The notes below the pieces were generated by a model. That model ran no database searches, was not told the origin of the DNA, and saw only the letters and a list, made by a program, of their open reading frames with translations. A stretch of 63,715 bases of DNA, the filler included, from Candidatus Desantisbacteria bacterium CG1_02_49_89 (GTDB lineage Bacteria; Desantisbacteria; UBA1551): NCBI GenBank assembly GCA_001871075.1. It is 5 parts of 5 records of this genome, joined end to end, with 100 filler letters (N's around TTAATTAATTAA, not from the genome) between each part and the next. Parts side by side here need not be neighbours in the genome. Positions count along the whole stretch, not along the records: positions 13,083 to 42,371 come from MNUP01000053.1; 4 more parts are not named here. One strand, written 5' to 3'. Of the stretch, positions 29,870 through 38,447 are shown piece after piece. Position numbers and translations under genes: made by a program. Position 1 is the first letter of the stretch, and each line of letters opens with the position of its first letter.

Positions 29870-31210
29870 ATGAAAGACACACTAAAAGAACTGCTGGGGA
29901 AAGAATGGAAGTGCGGGTGCGGCAGAACGCACCGCGTGCCCACAAAGGAAATTTACTGCGGCGCAAACGCGAAAGAGCGCCTGCTCAGGTTCATATTCGC
30001 CGAAATGCCCGGGCCTGACGTTGCCGTTGTCGCGGATACGAACACCTTCGCGGTCGCGGGCCAGGCTGTGGGAGAATGCCTTGCCGAGAACGGGCTGAAC
30101 GTGAAAGTCCGATTATTCCCGGCAGGCAGAAAGAAACTGAAGGCGGAAAAAGAACTTGCGGAGAAACTCGGTTCTGAACTGAAGGACTTCCATTTCGCGG
30201 TTGCGTGCGGCTCAGGCACTATAAACGACCTTGTAAAATACGCGGCAACGATCGCAAAGATACCGTATATCTCGTATCCCACAGCCCCATCCATGAACGG
30301 GTATCCTTCTCCGATAGCCGCGCTTTCATACAAGGGCACAAAGAAAACGCTTGCCGCTATACCGCCTGCCGCGGTGATCGCGGACCTGGACATCCTGCGC
30401 AACGCGCCGGAGGATATGATACAGGCGGGCATCGGCGACGGGATCTCAAAATCGGTCTGTAACATCGACTGGGCCGTGTCCCGTTTCATAAAAAAAGAGT
30501 ATTTCTGCCCCCTGCCCGGAAAGATGATGGCAGGCGTGATGGGTTTTTACACAGGGAACGCGAAAAAGGCCGCGGGCAGGGACCCTGCGGCGATAAAAGG
30601 ATTGTTTGAAGCGCTTAACCTTGCCGGGGTGTCAATGGTGATCGCGGGTTCGTCCGCCCCGGCTTCAGGCGGGGAGCACCTGATCTCCCACTTCCTTGAC
30701 ATGTCCAATTCTTCGAAGGGAAAAGACATGAACCTCCACGGCCGGCAGGTGGGCGTGACGACAGTATTGAGCGCGAAGCTGTACGAGAAACTGCTTAAAT
30801 TAGACACTGATTTACGCAGATTACCACAGTTAAAGAAGCATTACGCCGGAGACAGGCAGACTAAAAAAGAATTCATGAGCCGCTACGGAAAGAAAATGGC
30901 CGGGGAAGTATACCGGGAATTTATGACAAAGTACCTGCCTCCGGACAAGAAAGAAAAGGAGCTGTTGTTTATCCTGAAGAACTGGGGGAAGATCAAAGAT
31001 ATGATCAGGAAAAACCTGGTCCCAAGCAAAGTGCTTGAAAAAACCCTCAGGCGATCAGGAGCCCCTGTTTCGTTCACAAAACTCGCGATTACAAGAGCGG
31101 TATTCCGCAGCGCGATACTTCACGCAAGGGAAATCCGGGGAAGGTACACGGTCCTGGACCTGGCGTATGACGTCGATATACTTGAAAGTTTTGCAAATGA
31201 TGTCGTGTGA
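29870..31210 (+). CDS. sn-glycerol-1-phosphate dehydrogenase (AraM/EgsA-like)
   Basis: CGCGRTH, GSGTINDLVKY, PTAPSMNGY, PASGGEHLISH, HGRQVG. Confidence 0.9.
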   Translation: MKDTLKELLGKEWKCGCGRTHRVPTKEIYCGANAKERLLRFIFAEMPGPDVAVVADTNTFAVAGQAVGECLAENGLNVKVRLFPAGRKKLKAEKELAEKLGSELKDFHFAVACGSGTINDLVKYAATIAKIPYISYPTAPSMNGYPSPIAALSYKGTKKTLAAIPPAAVIADLDILRNAPEDMIQAGIGDGISKSVCNIDWAVSRFIKKEYFCPLPGKMMAGVMGFYTGNAKKAAGRDPAAIKGLFEALNLAGVSMVIAGSSAPASGGEHLISHFLDMSNSSKGKDMNLHGRQVGVTTVLSAKLYEKLLKLDTDLRRLPQLKKHYAGDRQTKKEFMSRYGKKMAGEVYREFMTKYLPPDKKEKELLFILKNWGKIKDMIRKNLVPSKVLEKTLRRSGAPVSFTKLAITRAVFRSAILHAREIRGRYTVLDLAYDVDILESFANDVV

Positions 31211-31355
31211 TTACAGTGATTCTAACTGAGATTACGGTGATTATTTTAAGAAAGGACCAAAATCAGGATTTGTTAATCTCGGTATATTTCAATAATCACT
31301 GTAATCATTTTCAAGAAATCACTGAAATCATATTTTCGAGTGGAACGAGGAAATA

Positions 31356-32654
31356 ATGCTGGCGTCAAAAGTTTTCGTATTTTTCACCGAGTTGACAAGG
31401 CAGTTCCTGCTGAGCAAAACCGGCAAACCCCTGGGCAGGATCTTTGACCTTATAGTCGACCAGAAGGAAATGTTCCCCCGGGTCATTTCGGTAGTGGTAT
31501 CAACAGGGGTGATCAGGAGATCCTACGCGGTTTTCCCCTGGGAAAAGATACAGACAACGGATGAGTGCTGCCTTATTACTGAAGCGCAGGACCTGGTTTT
31601 TAAGGATTTCTACCAGGCTGAAAACGGTATGTCCCTGCGCAGGGACATCCTTGACAAGCAGATCGTAGACACGCTGAACCGCAAGGTTGTGCGCGTTAAC
31701 GACATTCACCTGCTCAGGGCTGAGAATAACCTGCACATAGCCCACGTTGACATAGGGATGCGCGGCCTGTTAAGGCGCCTTGACCTTGAGCTCGCGGTGG
31801 ACAATATTATACGGTTTTTCAGGCCGGACGCGAAATACCTTGAAAACGATATGTTCATATCCTGGAAATACGTCCAGCCCCTTGCCATCCACCCGATAAA
31901 GGGAATGATAACTTTGAGCGTAAGCCAGGAACAACTCTCGAGCATACCGCCTGCTGAACTGGGAGACATAATACTTGGCCTGGACGTTTACGAGCGCGTC
32001 GCTTTGTTCAGGTCGCTCGACATTAAAATGAAGGTCAAGGCGCTTCTCGGGCTGGAGGCCGGGGTCCAGAAAAGCCTGGTGGAGGACATGGATCCCAAAT
32101 CCATAGCCGATATACTCAACCTGATGCCTCCTGACAACGCGGCTGACCTGCTGGGAGAGTTTTCCGACAGGCAGACAGACAGCCTTTTCAACGTTATGGA
32201 AAGCGACAAGGCGAAAAAACTCGCGGCACTGCTGGGGCACGAGGCGCATTCAGCGGGCGGGCTGATGACAACCGAATTCATAACCCTGCCGGAAAATATC
32301 ACCGTTGAGGAAGCTATAAACCGCATCAAGGGTATGACCGGGAAGGCTGAAACGATATATTACGGTTACATCGTTGATGACGCGCGCCATCTTATCGGGA
32401 TGACCACGTTCCGGCACCTGCTTTTTGCCCAGCCGCAGAAACTCATAAGTGAGATCATGATAAAAAGGCCGGTGCGCGTGCATTTGACTGACACCGCGCG
32501 CAAGGTTGCGTTCCTTTTTGATAAATACGGCCTGCTGGCAATACCGGTTGTGAACGGAGAAGCGGTGATCCACGGCATAATAACCGTTGACGACATACTG
32601 GGTCACATAATCCAGAAGGCGTACAAGAAACGCGCGCGCAAGCCTAAATTATAA
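31356..32654 (+). CDS. PRC-barrel + MgtE-N + CBS domain protein
   Basis: DILDKQIVD..RKVVRVND, MPPDNAADLL, SAGGLMTTEF, GIITVDDI; no MgtE TM domain. Confidence 0.9.
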   Translation: MLASKVFVFFTELTRQFLLSKTGKPLGRIFDLIVDQKEMFPRVISVVVSTGVIRRSYAVFPWEKIQTTDECCLITEAQDLVFKDFYQAENGMSLRRDILDKQIVDTLNRKVVRVNDIHLLRAENNLHIAHVDIGMRGLLRRLDLELAVDNIIRFFRPDAKYLENDMFISWKYVQPLAIHPIKGMITLSVSQEQLSSIPPAELGDIILGLDVYERVALFRSLDIKMKVKALLGLEAGVQKSLVEDMDPKSIADILNLMPPDNAADLLGEFSDRQTDSLFNVMESDKAKKLAALLGHEAHSAGGLMTTEFITLPENITVEEAINRIKGMTGKAETIYYGYIVDDARHLIGMTTFRHLLFAQPQKLISEIMIKRPVRVHLTDTARKVAFLFDKYGLLAIPVVNGEAVIHGIITVDDILGHIIQKAYKKRARKPKL

Positions 32655-32657
32655 TAC

Positions 32658-32760
32658 AATTATGAATTATGAATGATGAATTATGAGTCAGATGCATGGA
32701 ATTATATTTAAATTAATACCTTGTTGTTGATTCATAACTCATAATTCATAACTCATAACT
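32658..32760. repeat. ATTATGA/TCATAAT heptamer-armed element, copy 3
   Basis: Same arms and core as 7181 and 20761. Confidence 0.88.
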
Positions 32761-32771
32761 AAGGATTCTGT

Positions 32772-33998
32772 ATGAAGAATAAGTGGTGGATCGGAATGCT
32801 GGCTTTCCTGGCAGTGCTGGGGCCGGGCATAATCACTTCCAACGTGGATAACGACGCGGGCGGCATAACCACATACTCGCTTGCGGGAGCGAATTTCGGC
32901 TACACCCTTTTGTGGTCGCTGATACCCATAACCCTGGTTCTTATAATAGTTCAGGAGATGTGCGCGAGGATGGGGGTGGTGACCGGGAAGGGGCTTGCAG
33001 ACCTGATACGGGAAAACTACGGCGTGAAGATAACATTCTTAATGATGACCGCGCTTTTCTTCGTGAATCTCGGCAACACGATCTCGGAGTTTGCGGGCAT
33101 CGCGGCAAGTTGCGAGATATTCGGCGTAAGCAAATTCCTGTCCGTGCCGCTTTGCGCTATGGCGGTGTGGCTGCTTGTGGTAAAGGGCACTTATAAATCG
33201 GTTGAGAAGGTTTTCCTTGTGGCGTGTGTGTTCTACATAACCTATATTTTTTCCGGTTTCCTGGCAAAACCGGACTGGGCAGAGGTCATCCCCCAGACTT
33301 TCAAGCCGGCTTTCCAGTTCAGGTCGTTCGCATACCTTACCATGCTCATGGGCCTTGTCGGCACCACGATAGCTCCCTGGATGCAGTTCTATTTGCAGGC
33401 ATCGGTAGTGGAAAAAGGTGTTTCCCTTGAAAATTACAAGTATTCGCGGGCCGACGTGGTCGTCGGGAGCTTTGTGGTGAATTTCGTGGCGTTCTTTATT
33501 ATTGTTGCCTGCGCAGCAACGATATTCAAGGCCGGAATACACGTTGAAACCGCGAAGGACGCGGCGATGGCGCTTGCCCCTCTCGCGGGAAAATACTGTG
33601 CCTCCCTGTTCGCTTTCGGGCTTCTGAACGCCTCGCTTTTCGCGGCATCGATCCTGCCCCTTTCCACAGCTTACTTCATCTGCGAGGCATTCGGGTGGGA
33701 GTCAGGCGTGAATAAAAAATTCCGGGAAGCCCCGCATTTCTATTCCATTTACACCGGCACCATAGTTTTTTCCGCGGGGCTTGTGCTGCTGCCGAAATTC
33801 CCGCTCATAAAGGCGATGTATATTTCTCAGGTCATAAACGGGATACTTCTGCCCTTCGTGCTTATTTTCATGCTGCTGCTCATAAATAAAAGGGAGCTGA
33901 TGGGCGGCTATATCAACTCGCGGTTCTTCAACATTGTTTCCTGGGTAACGGTCCTGGCTCTTCTGGGCCTATCTGTGGGAATGCTGGTTACGCTTTAA
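32772..33998 (+). CDS. NRAMP-family divalent metal transporter (probable Mg2+, NRMT type)
   Basis: GPGIIT..VDNDAGGITTYS, QEMCARMG..TG.GL, GTTIAPWMQF. Confidence 0.92.
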   Translation: MKNKWWIGMLAFLAVLGPGIITSNVDNDAGGITTYSLAGANFGYTLLWSLIPITLVLIIVQEMCARMGVVTGKGLADLIRENYGVKITFLMMTALFFVNLGNTISEFAGIAASCEIFGVSKFLSVPLCAMAVWLLVVKGTYKSVEKVFLVACVFYITYIFSGFLAKPDWAEVIPQTFKPAFQFRSFAYLTMLMGLVGTTIAPWMQFYLQASVVEKGVSLENYKYSRADVVVGSFVVNFVAFFIIVACAATIFKAGIHVETAKDAAMALAPLAGKYCASLFAFGLLNASLFAASILPLSTAYFICEAFGWESGVNKKFREAPHFYSIYTGTIVFSAGLVLLPKFPLIKAMYISQVINGILLPFVLIFMLLLINKRELMGGYINSRFFNIVSWVTVLALLGLSVGMLVTL

Positions 33999-34143
33999 AA
34001 AATAGGGACAAGAGGTTAGGGATCAGTGTAAGGAGTGGATAAGGGAAGTAGCTTATCCCGAAGGGATCCCTTTGGGATTCTGCAATATATGTAGCGGTCC
34101 CGATTTATCGGGACTAAGTATTGTTAATTCAGGGAATTGCTCA

Positions 34144-34261
34144 TTACACTTTTTTGTGTTACACTAAATGGTGTTACACTAAAAAGTGTAATATATACTG
34201 TTTTACTTGACAATTACACAATTTTGTGTTATACTATTTTGTGTAATACAAAAATGTGTAA
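34144..34261. promoter_or_regulatory. 15-bp-period TTACAC..GTGTAA palindrome array overlapping a strong sigma70 promoter
   Basis: TTGACA(34207)-N17-TATACT(34230) with extended TG; TTACAC at 34144, 34159, 34174 and 34214; GTGTAA at 34186, 34241 and 34256. Confidence 0.7.
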
Positions 34262-34271
34262 TGGGGGTTAT

Positions 34272-35402
34272 ATGGAAAATCCTTTTATTTATGGCGAAAG
34301 AGTAACAGGCGAATACTTTTGGGATAGAGAACAAGAGGTTGAAAGGCTCAAAATAGATTTGTTAAGCTCCCAGAAGGTTTTCTTGATATCTTCACGCAAG
34401 ATGGGAAAATCTTCTCTTGTTGCCACAGTTCTGGAACAACTGGAAAAGCAGGGAATAATAACCGTGTATCTCGACCTGGAAAAATTTTCTTCCTACGATA
34501 AATTACTGGAAAGATACCTGAACTGTCTGATGAAACATGAAGGACCGCTTGAAAAGGCGCTTGATTTCATAAAGCAGCTCCTGCCTCAATTGAGACCGGA
34601 AATAAGGCTTGATGAAGAGGGAAAACCATTTTTCTCATTTGGTCTGGGACGGTCACCCCAAGGTATAGAGAACATCGAGTCAGAAATATATGAATTGCCC
34701 GGAAAGATCAGCGAAAAGAAAGGAAAAAAAATAGTTATTGTGTTTGATGAATTTCAGGAGATTTTGGATTTTAACGGCAAACATATTGAAGGCGTGATCA
34801 GGTCGGAAGTTCAGCGCCAAAGAAACGTTGGGTATGTGTTCTGCGGTTCAAAGAAACACCTGCTTGCGGATATGGTAAGCTCCCCGGAAAGGCCGTTCTA
34901 TCAGATTGGCCCCATAATGCGCCTGGATAAAATACCGGGGGAAACAATGCTGAGGTTTTTAAAAGAGAAATTTCTTTCCGCAAACATTGATGTTGACGGC
35001 GGATGTTTAGATCAAATCATTGAGTTCTCCCGGGGCGTGCCTCATTACGTGCAAATGCTTGCGCACAGACTCTGGGATTACAGTGTCTCTAAGGGCAAGG
35101 CGGAAGCCGGAGATGTTCAAAAGGTTGTAAACGAGCTTATCAGTCAGTCCTTTGAGGAATTTCAGTCCAGGTGGGGGAACCTGATTACCTCAAAAAAATT
35201 ATTATTGAAAGCAATTTCAGTATCAGGCGGGCAGAATGTCCTTTCAAAAAAATATATGACGGAACACAATCTCGGATATCCCTCTTCAATCAGAAGAACT
35301 CTCTTGTCCCTTATGGATGAGGGAATTCTTGACAAAGAAGACGGCAGTTATTTCTTTACCGATCTTCTCTTCTGTAGGTGGACAAAGGATTATGTGGAGT
35401 AA
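34272..35402 (+). CDS. AAA/ATPase_2 (archaeal-ATPase-like) ATP-binding protein with probable C-terminal wHTH
   Basis: MENPF.YG, F.DRE.E, Walker A SSRKMGKSS, Walker B IVFDEFQ; start after GGGGG RBS. Confidence 0.88.
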   Translation: MENPFIYGERVTGEYFWDREQEVERLKIDLLSSQKVFLISSRKMGKSSLVATVLEQLEKQGIITVYLDLEKFSSYDKLLERYLNCLMKHEGPLEKALDFIKQLLPQLRPEIRLDEEGKPFFSFGLGRSPQGIENIESEIYELPGKISEKKGKKIVIVFDEFQEILDFNGKHIEGVIRSEVQRQRNVGYVFCGSKKHLLADMVSSPERPFYQIGPIMRLDKIPGETMLRFLKEKFLSANIDVDGGCLDQIIEFSRGVPHYVQMLAHRLWDYSVSKGKAEAGDVQKVVNELISQSFEEFQSRWGNLITSKKLLLKAISVSGGQNVLSKKYMTEHNLGYPSSIRRTLLSLMDEGILDKEDGSYFFTDLLFCRWTKDYVE

Positions 35403-35525
35403 AGTTTTTGATTTGAAATTACTTATACTTCAGTCATTGCGGCAATCTATTTAAACAATCGTAGGGCAAACCTTCTCACCAGACCCGCCAATCTTTAAGG
35501 AGGGAGGTTTGCGAGGAGATGTTGC

Positions 35526-35735
35526 ATGCCTACCGAATTGAACCAGATTTTAGTTAAAGGAGAACATTTTTATCACAGCTTTTCCTTTGACATTGACGAT
35601 TTCATTGGGGATGGTATCTGGTGGCTGCAGATTTATAATAATGACCGCAGTCTTATCTATGATAAGCCATTTGCGTCAAGTATGGGCGATTTGAATAAAA
35701 GGAAAGTCAGAAAAATTATAAATGAAGAATTTTAA
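35526..35735 (+). CDS. Hypothetical protein
   Basis: 69-aa ORF with AGGAG RBS. Confidence 0.5.
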   Translation: MPTELNQILVKGEHFYHSFSFDIDDFIGDGIWWLQIYNNDRSLIYDKPFASSMGDLNKRKVRKIINEEF

Positions 35736-35790
35736 AACTATAAGGGCATTGTAATCTGATAATTCATTTTTATTCTATTTGGGAGGAAAT

Positions 35791-36522
35791 ATGCAGTACA
35801 AAGATGATATAACATATTCGGAAGCAATTGAACAAGTAATGTTGCACAATGAATATTTTGCACCATTAAAACTTATTTATAAAGAAATCTGGAAATATAA
35901 AGATAAATTAAAAATTACTGGTTTGACTCCGCATATGACAATTCAAGAAAGAGTTCAAAGAGATAAAAGATTTACACGAATAGGATTGGGTGTTTATGCT
36001 TTAACAAAACATCTTGATAAACTACCAAAAGTAATTCCACCAAAAACAGAATCTGAAAAGAAAGAACGATTGCACGCAAAAATTCAGGGGATGCTGATTG
36101 AAATCGGAAATAATAAAAATGAGGTTGAGGATACTTATACCAATGATAAAAAATGGGTTTTTGATAATAAGACGCTTGGAAGTTTGGCAACTCTTTCAGA
36201 AATCCCACCTTTTACTTACGAGAATATTATCAATGAAACTGTGAGATTTTTTGATGTAATCTGGTTTAATAAAAGAAAGTTCCCACTAAAAATATTTGAA
36301 GTAGAGCATTCTACTGATTTTAGAGATGCATTTGTTAAATTTATGGAATTGCAGGATATTAGAGCGATATTTTGCTGTGTTTCATTTAAGGATAGAAAAG
36401 AAAAATTTAAAAAAGAATTAAGTAAAAATGCTTTTGAACCATTAATAAACAGATGCGAATTTGCTTCCTATGAAGAAGTAGAGAATGATTATAACATCGC
36501 AATAAGCAAGACGTTTTTATGA
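35791..36522 (+). CDS. HTH + PD-(D/E)xK-like (restriction endonuclease-like) protein
   Basis: N-terminal TPHMTIQERVQRD..F HTH-like region; H..IQ..L.EIG; FDVIW..IFEVEHST; AT-rich; GGAGG RBS. Confidence 0.62.
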   Translation: MQYKDDITYSEAIEQVMLHNEYFAPLKLIYKEIWKYKDKLKITGLTPHMTIQERVQRDKRFTRIGLGVYALTKHLDKLPKVIPPKTESEKKERLHAKIQGMLIEIGNNKNEVEDTYTNDKKWVFDNKTLGSLATLSEIPPFTYENIINETVRFFDVIWFNKRKFPLKIFEVEHSTDFRDAFVKFMELQDIRAIFCCVSFKDRKEKFKKELSKNAFEPLINRCEFASYEEVENDYNIAISKTFL

Positions 36523-36776
36523 TAATAATAGATGGTTACAAAATAAATACTTTTACAAACTTAAGCGAAGCGGTTTGTTTAAAAATTCTCGAGATTATCC
36601 AAAAAGAATTTGGTGAAATTGGAGATTTTCTTATAGAAGAGGACGAAGTTGGTTTCCGTGTTTATAGAGGATATTTTGAAAATGCACCTAAAATGATTAA
36701 TGAAATGGAATTGAAATTAGAATTAATTGAAAAAAATGATTACCACTTTGCCCTTGGTTATAGAATAGTGCGATAA
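36519..36776 (+). CDS. Hypothetical protein
   Basis: ATGA overlap with the upstream gene; AT-rich. Confidence 0.6.
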   Translation: MIIIDGYKINTFTNLSEAVCLKILEIIQKEFGEIGDFLIEEDEVGFRVYRGYFENAPKMINEMELKLELIEKNDYHFALGYRIVR

Positions 36777-36860
36777 ATCGCACCGCTACGGCTGCCAGTC
36801 GAGCAAGCTCGACCACTACACCACTTACACGTCTACAAGGGGTGGGGGAAAAAGACAAAA

Positions 36861-38333
36861 ATGATAATAAAAAAAAATCAGGATGAGATAATCGGGTACC
36901 TGGAGGATTCCTCCAATTTCCGAGAAGGGAAAGCGGAAAAGGTATATATTCCCGAGAACGAAGGCGAGATAATCGGGATAGTTAAGGAATGCGCGAAAAA
37001 CGGGCCTAAAGGCCCTACTCCTTTAACGGTGTCGGCCGGAGGGACCGGGACTGTGGGGGCAAGGATACCGCTTGAAGGCGCGGTCCTGTCAATTGAGAAG
37101 TTGAATAAGATCATAAGCGTAGATAAAAAAGGGAACACGGCAATACTGCAGGCAGGCGTTATGATAGATAATTTCCTGAAAGAGCTGGAAAAAGAAAAAC
37201 TTTTTTACCCCCCCTTCCCCACTGAGCGCACGGCTTTCATAGGCGGCAACGTTTCCACAAACGCAAGCGGGGAATACAGTTACAGGTTCGGGTCAACCCG
37301 CAGGTACGTGAAAAGAATAAGGGTTGTGCTGTCAACGGGCACGGTCCTGGATATACCGAGAGGAAAATATAAGGCGGATAAAGAGGGATACATAAATAAT
37401 GGGGACAGTCCCCTTTTCTTTCAGAAAGGGGGACAGTCCCCTTTGAAGATACCGTCATACACAAGCCCCGGCGTCAAGAATTCAGCGGGTTATTTTTCAA
37501 GACCCGGGATGGACCTGATAGACCTGTTCATCGGCTCAGAGGGGACGCTTGGAATAATCACTGAGGTTGAGGTTGAGGTTATACCAGCCCTGCCCCCAAG
37601 GTTCATAATGATTATGTTCTTTCCGGATGAAGAGAGGATCGTTCCGGAATTCCTCTCCGAGGTAAAGGGCAGGGCCGTTGTTGACCCGCTCCAGGTGGAA
37701 TATTTTGACAGGAACAGCCTTAGTTTCCTTAAAAAGGATTTTCCGGACATCCCGGAATGCGCCGCCGCTATATACGTTGAGGACACAGAGAATGAAAAGA
37801 ACCTGGACGGCTGGTGCGGTCTGGTCGAGAAGTATGGGATCGCCGATACCTGGATGAGCAAGGACGGAAAAAGCTACAGGAACCTTGTTGATTTCAGGCA
37901 TAAACTGCCGGAGAACGTCAACGCCTATTTCAAAAAGATCGGCTCGATAAAGCTCGCGGTGGACGCTGCCCTGCCGGAAAATGCTTTCCCGGATTTCTAT
38001 AGAATGTACAAGAAAATACAGGATGAGACGCAGATTCAGACGGTAAGGTTCGGGCACATCGGCGAAAACCACCTGCACTTTAATTTCTTCCCGAAAGACG
38101 CGGGTGAAAAAGAGACCGTGGCGAGAACAATAGAAGACATACTGCGCAAAGCGGTGAAGGCGGGCGGCACTGTGTCCGCCGAGCACGGCATAGGCAAGCT
38201 GAAACACAGGTATCTTGAGATAATGTACGGAAAAGAAGGGATACTGGAAATGTCGCGCGTCAAAAAAACAATTGACCCGCAAAGCATGTTCGGGCTTAAC
38301 AACATATTCCCCGGATCAATGCTGAATATTTAA
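36861..38333 (+). CDS. FAD-binding oxidoreductase (GlcD/D-lactate dehydrogenase family)
   Basis: GGTG, IGGNVSTNASG, DLFIGSEGTLG, FGHIGENHLH, SAEHGIGK. Confidence 0.92.
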   Translation: MIIKKNQDEIIGYLEDSSNFREGKAEKVYIPENEGEIIGIVKECAKNGPKGPTPLTVSAGGTGTVGARIPLEGAVLSIEKLNKIISVDKKGNTAILQAGVMIDNFLKELEKEKLFYPPFPTERTAFIGGNVSTNASGEYSYRFGSTRRYVKRIRVVLSTGTVLDIPRGKYKADKEGYINNGDSPLFFQKGGQSPLKIPSYTSPGVKNSAGYFSRPGMDLIDLFIGSEGTLGIITEVEVEVIPALPPRFIMIMFFPDEERIVPEFLSEVKGRAVVDPLQVEYFDRNSLSFLKKDFPDIPECAAAIYVEDTENEKNLDGWCGLVEKYGIADTWMSKDGKSYRNLVDFRHKLPENVNAYFKKIGSIKLAVDAALPENAFPDFYRMYKKIQDETQIQTVRFGHIGENHLHFNFFPKDAGEKETVARTIEDILRKAVKAGGTVSAEHGIGKLKHRYLEIMYGKEGILEMSRVKKTIDPQSMFGLNNIFPGSMLNI

Positions 38334-38447
38334 TAAAGACGCAAACCTACCCGCCCTGCGCAAAGGCAGGGCGAGGTCTCGCCCCGACGTAGTCGTGGCG
38401 GAAAGGTTTGCCCTACAAAAAACCGCAAGAATTTCAAGGAGATAAAA

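Noticed and set aside
29870-31210. G1P dehydrogenase as a sign of archaeal-type lipids
   Set aside because: AraM-type bacterial homologs are common, gpsA is present, and no GGGP synthase is seen.
31356-33998. MgtE soluble domain without a membrane domain as a pseudogene or novelty
   Set aside because: Pairing of PRC/MgtE-N/CBS proteins with NRAMP-type Mg transporters is a known arrangement.
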